A stretch of DNA of 64,000 nucleotides from Thermodesulfobacteriota bacterium (GTDB lineage Bacteria; Desulfobacterota; Desulfobulbia; Desulfobulbales; SURF-16). The stretch's first letter is position 1. Each line of letters begins with the position of its first letter. The notes beneath the pieces are model-generated. The model was not told the origin of the DNA and did no database searches. It was given only the letters and a program-made list of their open reading frames with translations. Positions 23,604 through 32,031 of the stretch are shown here, one piece after another. A program made the position numbers and the translations under genes. The stretch covers positions 64,312 to 128,311 of the forward strand of contig JBDLJA010000003.1 in assembly GCA_039714595.1 (NCBI GenBank). The letters are read 5' to 3'.

Positions 23604-24926
23604 CTAGACGGGGTTTATGGTGGGCAGGTCATGACTTTGGGCTGATTTACCTCGTGATCCTGCCCTTTGCCCCTTGCGGAGAGCGGCAACGGTCCGGGCC
23701 AGCTGCCTTCCTGACCATGCTCCGTCCTCACTCCTCTGAGCGAAAAGCTCTTTTTCCAGGGACTCCAGTTGCGCTGCGAGCTGCGGCTTGGCGGCCAGAG
23801 TGGCAAACTTCTCAAGGCTTGCCGGTTTGCCGGCCGCACCTGTATGGTCAAGCCATCTCATCAAGGTTGCCAGGGTCGCGGCCTGGTCGCCGGCCGCGGC
23901 ATACCTTTGGAAATCTGCGAAGAGTTTTTTCTCGCTGGCCCTTCCAGTTGTTGACTTAGCCAGCCGTTTCCTGTGGCTGATGTATAGTCCCATCAGAACC
24001 CCGGCCAGAATGAGAGAGGCGATGAGGGTGGTGGCTAGCCAGGGAGACATGGCACCCTGGTTCTGTTGTCCACCATTTTCGCCTGACTCCTGGGCGGACA
24101 GGGGACTTGCCGCCACCCTTAAGGGATGCGCTGGCAGCTCTATTTTGAGAAGTTTCTCTTCATCCGGCCGCCACCAGTGGATGATCTGGGCCGGGATTAC
24201 CACCTCGCCCTCCTCCTCGCATTGATAGGTGATGATCTGCTGGCGTTGCCCCAGGAACTCGCCCCGTTCCATCACCGTGTTCACCTCGGCCTGGCCGGGA
24301 TAGATCCCCAGACCAGTAATTTCCGGTAGGGAAAGGGGCGGCAGGGCCATGCCGGGCAGGTCCCTGGCCTGGATTTTTATGGTGCGCTCCACGGCGTCTC
24401 CCACCCGCACCTCCTTTGTTTCAGGCTGCCACTGGTCTGTGACCTCTAAATCGCTACTGGTTATTGCCACCGCTCCAGGACTCAGGTTTGGTATGGCGCC
24501 GACGGTGAGGGAGAATTCCTGGGTAGCACCCCGTGTCCGGACCTCTTTACCCTTGGCGTCGCGATAACCGAAGGAGACGGATATGGGGGGTACAGTTATG
24601 GGTCCAGAGTGTAGGGGAAATAGAAATATCTCATATTGCTTGGAGATCAGGGGCTCGCCCTCCACCACCTTGGAGCCCAGCAAAGGCCGGTCTTCGTTGG
24701 TCATGAACAGGAGACCTGGAACCTCTGGCAGCTCAAAACGGGTGGGGCCGGTAAAGGAGGAGGCGGTGAACAGGGTAACCTCAAAGATGAGACGCTGGCC
24801 CTGCCATATTTTTTCTTGGTGGCGCAGCTCGCCCCGGACAATGGCGGCCCCGCTTGCCGCGTTTGCCCAGGGCACCCAACAGAGGAGCAGCAGAAAGTAA
24901 GCAATAAGGCGCGGCAACCGTTTCAT
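23604..24926 (-). CDS. batD: BatD-like oxygen-tolerance family protein
   Basis: 440 aa with a signal peptide (…CWVPWANA) and one C-proximal TM helix. Last gene of the MoxR/vWA operon. 4-nt overlap with the upstream TPR gene. Confidence 0.7.
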   Translation of the reverse strand: MKRLPRLIAYFLLLLCWVPWANAASGAAIVRGELRHQEKIWQGQRLIFEVTLFTASSFTGPTRFELPEVPGLLFMTNEDRPLLGSKVVEGEPLISKQYEIFLFPLHSGPITVPPISVSFGYRDAKGKEVRTRGATQEFSLTVGAIPNLSPGAVAITSSDLEVTDQWQPETKEVRVGDAVERTIKIQARDLPGMALPPLSLPEITGLGIYPGQAEVNTVMERGEFLGQRQQIITYQCEEEGEVVIPAQIIHWWRPDEEKLLKIELPAHPLRVAASPLSAQESGENGGQQNQGAMSPWLATTLIASLILAGVLMGLYISHRKRLAKSTTGRASEKKLFADFQRYAAAGDQAATLATLMRWLDHTGAAGKPASLEKFATLAAKPQLAAQLESLEKELFAQRSEDGAWSGRQLARTVAALRKGQRAGSRGKSAQSHDLPTINPV

Positions 24927-25588
24927 CTCTGCGACTCCTGCCCCTTCCTGGCAGCCTGCTGGGCGAATTTCGCCCGGAGAAAATCGGCTGGCCTGGTCTG
25001 CACCCGCCGGAGCCAGAGGGCCCGCATCTCTTCATCGCTGATCTCCGCCCCACCGGTCACGCTCTCCTTATTCTGGCTGGAGTTTTGCTGGGCTCGTTTG
25101 TCATAGACAACCTCATCGGCGGCCAGCTTGCCGCCGGTTCCCCCCGCATCATCATCCGGCCCCTTCATCTTTTCTTTGCGGGCTCGGGCAATTTCCAGGT
25201 TGTCCCTGGCCCCACGCCACTGTGGCTCTTGGGCCAGGGCCTGTTCATATGACTTGATGGCAGCACCATATTTACCGGCCATGAGCAGGGCGTTGCCCCG
25301 GTTGAATAACCCCTCAGGCGAGTTGTCCCGGCCAAAGGCGGCGGCCGCCTCCTTGAAGTCGCCGGCCCGGTAGAGGGCGGTGCCCCGGCGGCGGGGATCA
25401 CTAAAGCGTTGGGCGGCGGCGTCATACTCCTCATTTTTCAGTAGCAGGCTGCCCTGTTGATCCGGAGTGAGGAAGAGGTCCTGCCATGACCAGTTCGTGG
25501 CGGCCAGGGCCAGGAGGAAGGCTGCACTGCTGATGAGGGCCAGGAAGACTGGTCCGGCCAATTTCTTTATGTTGGTTGGCCTAGCCAT
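24923..25588 (-). CDS. batC: Membrane-anchored TPR protein (BatC-like)
   Basis: 221 aa with an N-terminal TM anchor followed by TPR repeats (YRAGDFKEAAAAF, GNALLMAGKYGAAIKSYEQAL). Overlaps both neighbouring genes. Confidence 0.65.
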   Translation of the reverse strand: MARPTNIKKLAGPVFLALISSAAFLLALAATNWSWQDLFLTPDQQGSLLLKNEEYDAAAQRFSDPRRRGTALYRAGDFKEAAAAFGRDNSPEGLFNRGNALLMAGKYGAAIKSYEQALAQEPQWRGARDNLEIARARKEKMKGPDDDAGGTGGKLAADEVVYDKRAQQNSSQNKESVTGGAEISDEEMRALWLRRVQTRPADFLRAKFAQQAARKGQESQR

Positions 25589-26546
25589 GGGTGACTGTCA
25601 CTCCTCGGCGAAAGAAGAAGAGTGCCAACGGTAAGAGCAGGGGCAGGAGCAGGTAGCCGCCATCCTGCCACTGCTCTCCCTCGCTCATCTCGGCCTGGCG
25701 CAAACTGCTTTTGATCTGGCCGGCGAGTTTTCTGACGTCTCGGTCATCGGGGCTGACCACGATAAGACTCGCGTCGAGGGCAGCCGCCCCCTTGTTCAGC
25801 CCTGTCAGGTCCAGGGGCGGGGCAGGGGGGCTGTCCGCCGGGACATGGGAATCCCGGTCGCCAGCCACGGCCAGGATATGGATTGAGACATCATTTTTCT
25901 GGCTAAATTCCGCCAGGCCGGTGAGCTCATCTTCTCTGATCTCATCCACGAGCAGGAGGATGGAGCCACTCAGCCCTGAACCGCTTAGTTGCGAGCCGGC
26001 CAGGGCCAGGGCCTCTGGTAGTCCCCCGCCTTCTTGCGGCATGATCTCCGGGCTCAGGGCCTGGGCGAACATGGTGATGATCGCCGGGTCATGGGTCAAG
26101 GGCATAACCAGGTGGGCGCTGCCCCGGTAGGCGATGAGGGCTGTCTTACCCCCCGCCCGCAGCGCCATGAGATCTTGAATCTTCTGGACAGAGCGGGCCA
26201 GGCGGGAGGGCTGGACATCTCGGGCCAGCATGGAGGGCGTCACCTTGAGGACAATGACAAGCCCTTCCCCCTCCTGGCTAAAGGGGGAAGGGGCCCTTTG
26301 CCAGCTGGGCCCGGCCCCGGCGATAATTGCCAGCAGCCAGAGGGCGGCCAGGAGGTAGAGGGGCCCAAATAAGCCCTGTTTGCCCCGGCCCATTAAGAGA
26401 TGGTTCAGGAGGTGGGGGGCGATGATATTCTCCATCTCGTGGCGGCTCTTTTCTTTCCTGTGGAGAAAGAAGAAAAGTAGCCCGGCCGGGAGGCTGAGGA
26501 GGAGCCACCAGGGGCGCAAGAAATGAAAGTTGCTTAAAATATCCAT
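25581..26546 (-). CDS. batB: vWA-domain membrane protein (BatB-like)
   Basis: 321 aa with two N-terminal TM helices and a vWA fold. The MIDAS position reads LKVTPSM rather than DxSxS. Confidence 0.75.
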   Translation of the reverse strand: MDILSNFHFLRPWWLLLSLPAGLLFFFLHRKEKSRHEMENIIAPHLLNHLLMGRGKQGLFGPLYLLAALWLLAIIAGAGPSWQRAPSPFSQEGEGLVIVLKVTPSMLARDVQPSRLARSVQKIQDLMALRAGGKTALIAYRGSAHLVMPLTHDPAIITMFAQALSPEIMPQEGGGLPEALALAGSQLSGSGLSGSILLLVDEIREDELTGLAEFSQKNDVSIHILAVAGDRDSHVPADSPPAPPLDLTGLNKGAAALDASLIVVSPDDRDVRKLAGQIKSSLRQAEMSEGEQWQDGGYLLLPLLLPLALFFFRRGVTVTHG

Positions 26547-26549
26547 GGT

Positions 26550-27527
26550 CTATGCTTTCCGCCTTCCCTGGCCCAGCAGCCTGGAGAGGGGCAGGGCCAT
26601 GCTTAAAAGAAGGGCTAGAGCCAGGGGCCAGTGAAAGAGGTCCCGGCGGGGGCGAAAGCTGATGGAGTCAACCTTGTGGGGGTGGAGATCATCTATCCGC
26701 TGGTAAATCTCGGCCAGATCTTGCCGGTCCCCGGCCCAGTAGTAGCGGCCGCTGGTGGTGGCGGCGATTCTTTCCATGCTCTCTTCATCCAGCTTCTCCT
26801 CACCGGCCGCTTCCGGGTCGCCCACCCCCACCGGATAGATGGTGATCCCCCTGTCGTGGGCGATGCTGGCCGCCTCCTCCGGCTCCACCTTGGAGCCGGA
26901 GTCGTTGCCGTCGGTGAGGAGGATCATTGTCTTGGCCTCCACCTCAGATTCCTTGAACATGTTGACGGCCAGGCCGATGGTGTCGCCCAGCATGGTCTTG
27001 GGGCCGGCCATCCCCACCTGGGCCTCGGCCAGCAGGGCGCGGCAGGTGGCGAGATCCTCGGTGAAGGGGGCCTGGATAAAGGGGGCGGAGCCAAAGAAGA
27101 TTAAAGCCACCCGGTCGCCTTGGCGGCGGCTGAGAAATTCATCCAGCACCTCCTTCACCGCTGCCAGCCGGTTAATTTTTTCTCCATCTTGGCCGGCAAA
27201 ATCCCTGGTCTCCATGGAGGCGGAGAGGTCCACGGCCAGCAGCAGGTCCCGGGCGGGACTCTCTTTGACAACTGGCTCTTCCAGCCATTGGGGCCGGGCC
27301 AGGGCGCTCAGGAGCAGGAGCCAGCAGAGTGTTACCATGACCTGTCGCGAAAGCGTCTGCCTGGGGGTAACCGCGCCGTGGCTCGCCTCCCCGCCACTTA
27401 GCTCAATCAGCTCATTGAAAAAGGGGGTTCGCACCGCCTGACCTTGTTGTTGGAGGGGCGGCAACAGGCGGACCAGCAACGGCAGGGGCAGGAGGAGCAG
27501 AACCCATATGTGGCTGAAGGTGAGCAT
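26550..27527 (-). CDS. batA: vWA-domain membrane protein (BatA-like)
   Basis: 325 aa with an N-terminal TM helix, an intact MIDAS (VDLSASM) and a C-terminal TM helix. Confidence 0.8.
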   Translation of the reverse strand: MLTFSHIWVLLLLPLPLLVRLLPPLQQQGQAVRTPFFNELIELSGGEASHGAVTPRQTLSRQVMVTLCWLLLLSALARPQWLEEPVVKESPARDLLLAVDLSASMETRDFAGQDGEKINRLAAVKEVLDEFLSRRQGDRVALIFFGSAPFIQAPFTEDLATCRALLAEAQVGMAGPKTMLGDTIGLAVNMFKESEVEAKTMILLTDGNDSGSKVEPEEAASIAHDRGITIYPVGVGDPEAAGEEKLDEESMERIAATTSGRYYWAGDRQDLAEIYQRIDDLHPHKVDSISFRPRRDLFHWPLALALLLSMALPLSRLLGQGRRKA

Positions 27528-27532
27528 TTTTT

Positions 27533-28045
27533 TTACTGGCGACCATTTTCTTCTGGTCGGTGCCGACGTATCCAGTGGCGGACAGCAACACAGAGATCCT
27601 GGATCTCGGCCGGGCTTAACTGCTGCAGGGTTTTGCCCGGCCCATAGGAGCAGGCCATAAGGGTCCTGGCCACCCTTGGCGAAAAATTATTGCGGCCCCT
27701 TACGGACTGGTTGAGAAAGGCGAGCCACTGATTGCCTATGAGGGAGGCGGTGGCTTGCCGCCCGTAGGCGGCCAGGGCCACCCGTTTCAGCAGGGGAGGC
27801 AGCTGGACCAAGGCCGTCTCAAGGCTGTCCGGCCGGCTCAGCTCCTGCTCCAGCTCTTTTAGTTCCGTAAGGGCGGCGCGGCGGTAACGGTTGCGGCGCC
27901 AGCGGCTGATGGCCAGCAGGGCGGACCAGGCCAGGGCCAACAGCAGGGAAAGGGCCAGGGCGTACCAGCCGGGCGCCGGCGGCAGCCAGGGGACAGGGTC
28001 CAGGGGGATAATGTCGTGGAGATCTTTTAAGCTGGTCGAAACCAT
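27533..28045 (-). CDS. DUF4381-like single-pass membrane protein
   Basis: 170 aa with a Pro-rich N-terminus followed by a TM helix. Occupies the conserved slot between DUF58 and BatA. Confidence 0.6.
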   Translation of the reverse strand: MVSTSLKDLHDIIPLDPVPWLPPAPGWYALALSLLLALAWSALLAISRWRRNRYRRAALTELKELEQELSRPDSLETALVQLPPLLKRVALAAYGRQATASLIGNQWLAFLNQSVRGRNNFSPRVARTLMACSYGPGKTLQQLSPAEIQDLCVAVRHWIRRHRPEENGRQ

Positions 28046-28048
28046 GGT

Positions 28049-29062
28049 TCACCGCACGCCCTGGAGGACCACCATGGCCCGGGGATCCAGGCCCGGCCTC
28101 TGGCCCAGGATTTCTCTTACCTGGCCAGCCACCGGCTCCGCCGTATGGAGGGGCAGGATGGGAACCCCGAACTTTGCCAGCTCTCTGGTGAGACGGTCCA
28201 GACGGCCGCGGAGCAGCTCGGGGAAGCGGCGGCGAAATGATGGCTCCCTGCTGTCCAGGCGCAGCTGTCTGCTGCCGTCGCTCACCGTGAGCTGGCCCTG
28301 CTCCGGCAGCTGGCCGGCCAGGGGGTCATAGACCGGGAGCAGGAGCAGGTCGTTATGTCTTGAGAGGAGCTTGGCCTGGTGGATGGTTTCATGGTCCAGG
28401 CCGAAGAAGTCACTGATGAGGCAGATCAGGTAGTCGTGGCCGGCCAGGTTGTTGGCCCGTTTCATGGCCCTGTTCAGCATCTCCGCCCGGGAACTGCCTG
28501 CCCCATCTACCCGCAGTTCATTGTTCTGCGCCACCAGGGTGCGGAGGATGTGGAGCACCGATTTGGCGGAGCGCTGGGGCCTGATCTCCCTGATCTCTTT
28601 GTCGTTGAAACAGATGGCGCCCACCCGGTCGCCGCTGGCCACCACCCGCCAGGCGGCCAGGGCCGCGGCTTGGGCCGCGGTGACCGATTTCATCTGCAGC
28701 TGGGAGCCGAAAAACATGGAGAGGCGTTGGTCCACCAGGAGGAGGACCGGCCGTTCCTTTTCCTCGGTATAGAGGCGGACATGGGGCTTGCCGGTCCGCC
28801 TGGTCGCCTTCCAGTCCATGGTGCGGATATCATCGCCCGGTCGGTAGCGCCGCAGTTCGGCAAAGTCCAACCCCCGGCCGCGCAGCCGGGAGTTGTGGCG
28901 GCCGGCTAGCAAGCTCTGGATCGGCTGGCCGGGCAGGAAAGAAAAACCGGCCGCCTGATGCTGCAGTTTGATCAGCTCGGCCAGGCTTACATAGACCCCG
29001 GAATCTTTCTTATCCGCTCTGCTCTTTGCCTTTGCCATAATAAATGGTCTAGAGTGGGCCAA
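28049..29062 (-). CDS. DUF58 (vWA-like) protein
   Basis: 337 aa immediately downstream of MoxR, as in MoxR-DUF58 operons. The start could instead be the internal MAKAKS. Confidence 0.75.
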   Translation of the reverse strand: MAHSRPFIMAKAKSRADKKDSGVYVSLAELIKLQHQAAGFSFLPGQPIQSLLAGRHNSRLRGRGLDFAELRRYRPGDDIRTMDWKATRRTGKPHVRLYTEEKERPVLLLVDQRLSMFFGSQLQMKSVTAAQAAALAAWRVVASGDRVGAICFNDKEIREIRPQRSAKSVLHILRTLVAQNNELRVDGAGSSRAEMLNRAMKRANNLAGHDYLICLISDFFGLDHETIHQAKLLSRHNDLLLLPVYDPLAGQLPEQGQLTVSDGSRQLRLDSREPSFRRRFPELLRGRLDRLTRELAKFGVPILPLHTAEPVAGQVREILGQRPGLDPRAMVVLQGVR

Positions 29063-29070
29063 AAATAAAA

Positions 29071-30039
29071 CTAGGCCACCGCCACCAGCCTGACAATTTC
29101 GTCAATGACCTGATCCACGCTGATCCGCTCGCCGCTGGCCTCGTAGCTCAAGATTAGCCGGTGGCGCAGACAGTCGTGGACCACTGCCCGCACATCGTCC
29201 GGTCCCACATGATCGCGCCCTCTTAGCCAGGCGTGGACCCGGGAGCAGCGGTCCAGGGCCAGACTGCCCCGGGGGCTGGCCCCCACCTCGAGCCAGGCGG
29301 CCAGCTTATCGTCATACTTTGCCGGCTTACGGCTGGCAGCCACCAGGCCCACAATGTAGCGTTCAATATTTTCCGAGGAGTGGATTTTGCTGATCTCCTG
29401 GCGGGCGGCAAAGATAATCTCCTGGGCAATACCCTCTCCCTTATCCTCCTTACCATTACTTTCTAATTCGGAGCGGACCAGCCGCAGGACCTCAAGCTCC
29501 TCGTCGCTGCTCGGGTAGTCCACCTTGACATGCATGAGGAAGCGGTCCATCTGCGCCTCGGGCAGGGGGTAGGTCCCCTCCTGCTCAATGGGGTTCTGGG
29601 TGGCCAGGACCATGAAGAGCGGCTCCATCTTGTGGGTCTTGCCGGCCACTGTTACCTGGCGCTCCTCCATGGCCTCAAGGAGGGCAGCCTGGACCTTGGC
29701 CGGGGCTCGGTTTATCTCGTCGGCCAGGACCAGGTTGCTGAAGATGGGGCCGGGTTGAAACTGGAGGAGATCCTTGCCGCCGCTGGTATGAAAGACCTCG
29801 GTGCCGGTGATGTCGGATGGTAAAAGGTCAGGGGTGAACTGGATTCGGGAGAGCCCCGCGTCCAGGTGGGTGGCCAGGCTCTTCACCGCCCTGGTCTTGG
29901 CCAGGCCGGGCAGGCCTTCCAGCAACAGGTTGCCGTTGGCCAAGAGACCCACGAGGAGCCGTTCCACCACCTTCTCCTGGCCGATGATGTCCTGGCCCAT
30001 GCGCGTCTTGAGTTCATTGATTGTCGCCAGGCTACTCAT
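29071..30039 (-). CDS. moxR: MoxR-family AAA+ ATPase
   Basis: 322 aa with Walker A GLPGLAKT and Walker B LVLADEINR. Confidence 0.92.
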   Translation of the reverse strand: MSSLATINELKTRMGQDIIGQEKVVERLLVGLLANGNLLLEGLPGLAKTRAVKSLATHLDAGLSRIQFTPDLLPSDITGTEVFHTSGGKDLLQFQPGPIFSNLVLADEINRAPAKVQAALLEAMEERQVTVAGKTHKMEPLFMVLATQNPIEQEGTYPLPEAQMDRFLMHVKVDYPSSDEELEVLRLVRSELESNGKEDKGEGIAQEIIFAARQEISKIHSSENIERYIVGLVAASRKPAKYDDKLAAWLEVGASPRGSLALDRCSRVHAWLRGRDHVGPDDVRAVVHDCLRHRLILSYEASGERISVDQVIDEIVRLVAVA

Positions 30040-30042
30040 GAT

Positions 30043-30152
30043 TTATTATTCGCAGAAGGTTTTACCTGTGAGTTGAAACTGCTGGCTAGGCCAGCGGATA
30101 ACTGCTCATAGAAACTCTCCACGCGTTTTACGCGTGGAGAGTTTACTCCGGC
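30043..30152 (+). repeat. Intergenic structured repeat, copy A
   Basis: About 78% identical over about 80 nt to 63829-63908: TTATTCGCAG..TTTTACCTGT..GTTGAAAC, an 8-bp hairpin, then ACTGCTCAT. A palindrome CTCTCCACGCG/CGCGTGGAGAG follows. Confidence 0.75.
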
Positions 30153-30156
30153 CTAA

Positions 30157-30207
30157 AAGACAAACACCATGCCCGGTCTTATGACGGCCTGACATGGTGT
30201 TTGTCTT
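30157..30207 (-). terminator. Long hairpin downstream of the sulfatase gene (candidate terminator)
   Basis: Perfect 15-bp stem AAGACAAACACCATG / CATGGTGTTTGTCTT with a 21-nt loop. Short U run on the minus-strand transcript. Confidence 0.4.
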
Positions 30208-30242
30208 GAGCTAAGAGAAGGCAAGCCCTCTCTGTTCAGGCC

Positions 30243-31793
30243 TTAATGGGCATTGGGCTGCTGCAGCTTTTCCAGCACCCTGTCCAGGGAGAAGGATGCC
30301 GCCTTTTGCCGCGGCGGAAACTCCTTGAAGGTTCCCAGGAACTGGCCCACATATTGCTGGGCCGGAACCAGGAGGAAGACATGATCCAGCCACCAGTCGT
30401 TATAGGTGTTGGAGGTTACCTGGGCCCGCTCATACGGGTCGCGGCGCAGGTTGAAGATCATGGGCACCCGCAGAGGGGTGAAGGGGTTGGTCCAGGCCCT
30501 GAAGGTGGCCTCCACCCGCTGCTCCATGAAGATAGCCTTCCAGTCTTGATAGCGTAGGGCGGTGAGGTCGCCGTCGTCGGAGAAGTAGAAGATCTCTTTG
30601 CGGGGGCTCTCCTTGGCCTGGCCGGTGAGATAGGGCAGGAAGTTGTAGCCGTCCAGGTGAACCTTGTATTTACGGCCGATGGCCTTGACCTTGCCCTTCT
30701 TCAGATTCGCTTTGATGTTGGGCTCGCCGGCAGCGGCCAGAAAGGTGGGCAGCCAGTCCATGTGGTGCATGATCTCGTTGGACCAGGTGTCTGGCTTGAT
30801 CTTCCCGGGCCAGCGGACCATGGCCGGTACCCGCCAGCCGCCCTCCCAGTTGGTGTTCTTCTCACCCCGGAAGGGAGTCATGGCCGCGTCGGGCCAGGTG
30901 TTCATGTGGGGACCGTTGTCGGTGGAGTAGAAGACGATGGTGTTGTCGGCGATCTTCAGATCGTCCAGGGTCTTGAGGATCTTGCCCACATGGCGGTCAT
31001 GCTCCACCATACCGTCGGAGTACTCGTCCTGGCCGGAGATGCCGCGTAGCTCGTCTTTTACGTGGGTCCGAAAGTGCATCCGGGTGCCGTTCCACCAGCA
31101 GAAGAACGGCTTGCCCGCCTTGGTCTGGCGCTCGATGAAGTCGATGGCGGCGTTCACCGTCTCGTCATCCACCGTCTCCATCCTCTTCTTGGTCAGGGGC
31201 CCGGTGTCCTCGATCTTGCCGTCGGCCGAGGATTTGATTACCCCGCGGGGGCCGAACTTCTTGCGGAACTCGGGGTCCTTGGGATAGTCGGGCAGCTCCG
31301 GCTCCTCTTCGGCATTCAGGTGGTAGAGGTTGCCGTAGAACTCGTCAAAACCGTGGTTGGAGGGCAGCATCTCGTCCCGGTCGCCCAGGTGGTTCTTGCC
31401 GAACTGACCGGTGGCGTAGCCCTGGCCCTTAAGGAGCCCGGCAATGGTGGGATCTTTTACGTTCATCCCTTCCTTGGCCCCCGGTAACCCCACCTTGGAG
31501 AGGCCGGTGCGGAAGACCGACTGGCCCATGATGAAGGAGGAACGGCCGGCGGTGCACGACTGCTCACCGTAATAATCGGTGAAGGTCATGCCCTCCTGGG
31601 CGATGCGGTCGATGTTGGGGGTCTGGTAGCCCATCATGCCGTGGGTGTAGCGGCTGATGTTTGAGCGGCCGATATCATCGCCCCAGATAACCAGGATGTT
31701 AGGTTTTTTTCCTTTGGCGGCCAGGGCTGGATCACCCCCGGCTGTCATCACAAGTGCCGCTGCGACAAGACCAAATACGAGCTGTTTTTTCAT
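30243..31793 (-). CDS. Secreted Cys-type sulfatase (arylsulfatase family)
   Basis: 516 aa with a signal peptide and the sulfatase signature SCTAGRSSFIMGQ (C-x-A-x-R). N-terminal DDIG metal-site motif. Confidence 0.88.
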   Translation of the reverse strand: MKKQLVFGLVAAALVMTAGGDPALAAKGKKPNILVIWGDDIGRSNISRYTHGMMGYQTPNIDRIAQEGMTFTDYYGEQSCTAGRSSFIMGQSVFRTGLSKVGLPGAKEGMNVKDPTIAGLLKGQGYATGQFGKNHLGDRDEMLPSNHGFDEFYGNLYHLNAEEEPELPDYPKDPEFRKKFGPRGVIKSSADGKIEDTGPLTKKRMETVDDETVNAAIDFIERQTKAGKPFFCWWNGTRMHFRTHVKDELRGISGQDEYSDGMVEHDRHVGKILKTLDDLKIADNTIVFYSTDNGPHMNTWPDAAMTPFRGEKNTNWEGGWRVPAMVRWPGKIKPDTWSNEIMHHMDWLPTFLAAAGEPNIKANLKKGKVKAIGRKYKVHLDGYNFLPYLTGQAKESPRKEIFYFSDDGDLTALRYQDWKAIFMEQRVEATFRAWTNPFTPLRVPMIFNLRRDPYERAQVTSNTYNDWWLDHVFLLVPAQQYVGQFLGTFKEFPPRQKAASFSLDRVLEKLQQPNAH

Positions 31794-31872
31794 GACTCCC
31801 TCTTTTGTTGTAGGGGTGAGGTAAAATTGGTTAAACTAGGAACTAACTATTTGTTTCTTTTAGTTAATATGA

Positions 31873-31900
31873 TTGCCCCCCACTCTTTACCTGTGATAAT
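31873..31900 (+). promoter_or_regulatory. Candidate extended -10 promoter for the cytochrome b operon
   Basis: TTGCCC at 31873-31878, a 16-nt spacer, then TGTGATAAT at 31892-31900. Confidence 0.3.
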
Positions 31901-32031
31901 TTATCTGTCAGGCCTTGTTATACGTGAGATTGCCACCCCTCAGGGCGCTGGGCTAACTAATAAAAAGCCTAGCATTGGGGGAGGGCATGGTCAAAGAAAA
32001 GTGGTCATAGTAATCGTTATAAATTGAAAAG

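Noticed and set aside
27527-27539. The 12-mer TTTTTTTACTGG occurs three times (27528-27539, 35859-35870, 42345-42356), each at a gene boundary.
   Set aside because: It is short and dominated by a T run, and the flanks do not align. In two cases it merely spans stop/start junctions. That is insufficient to call it a motif without genome-wide statistics.
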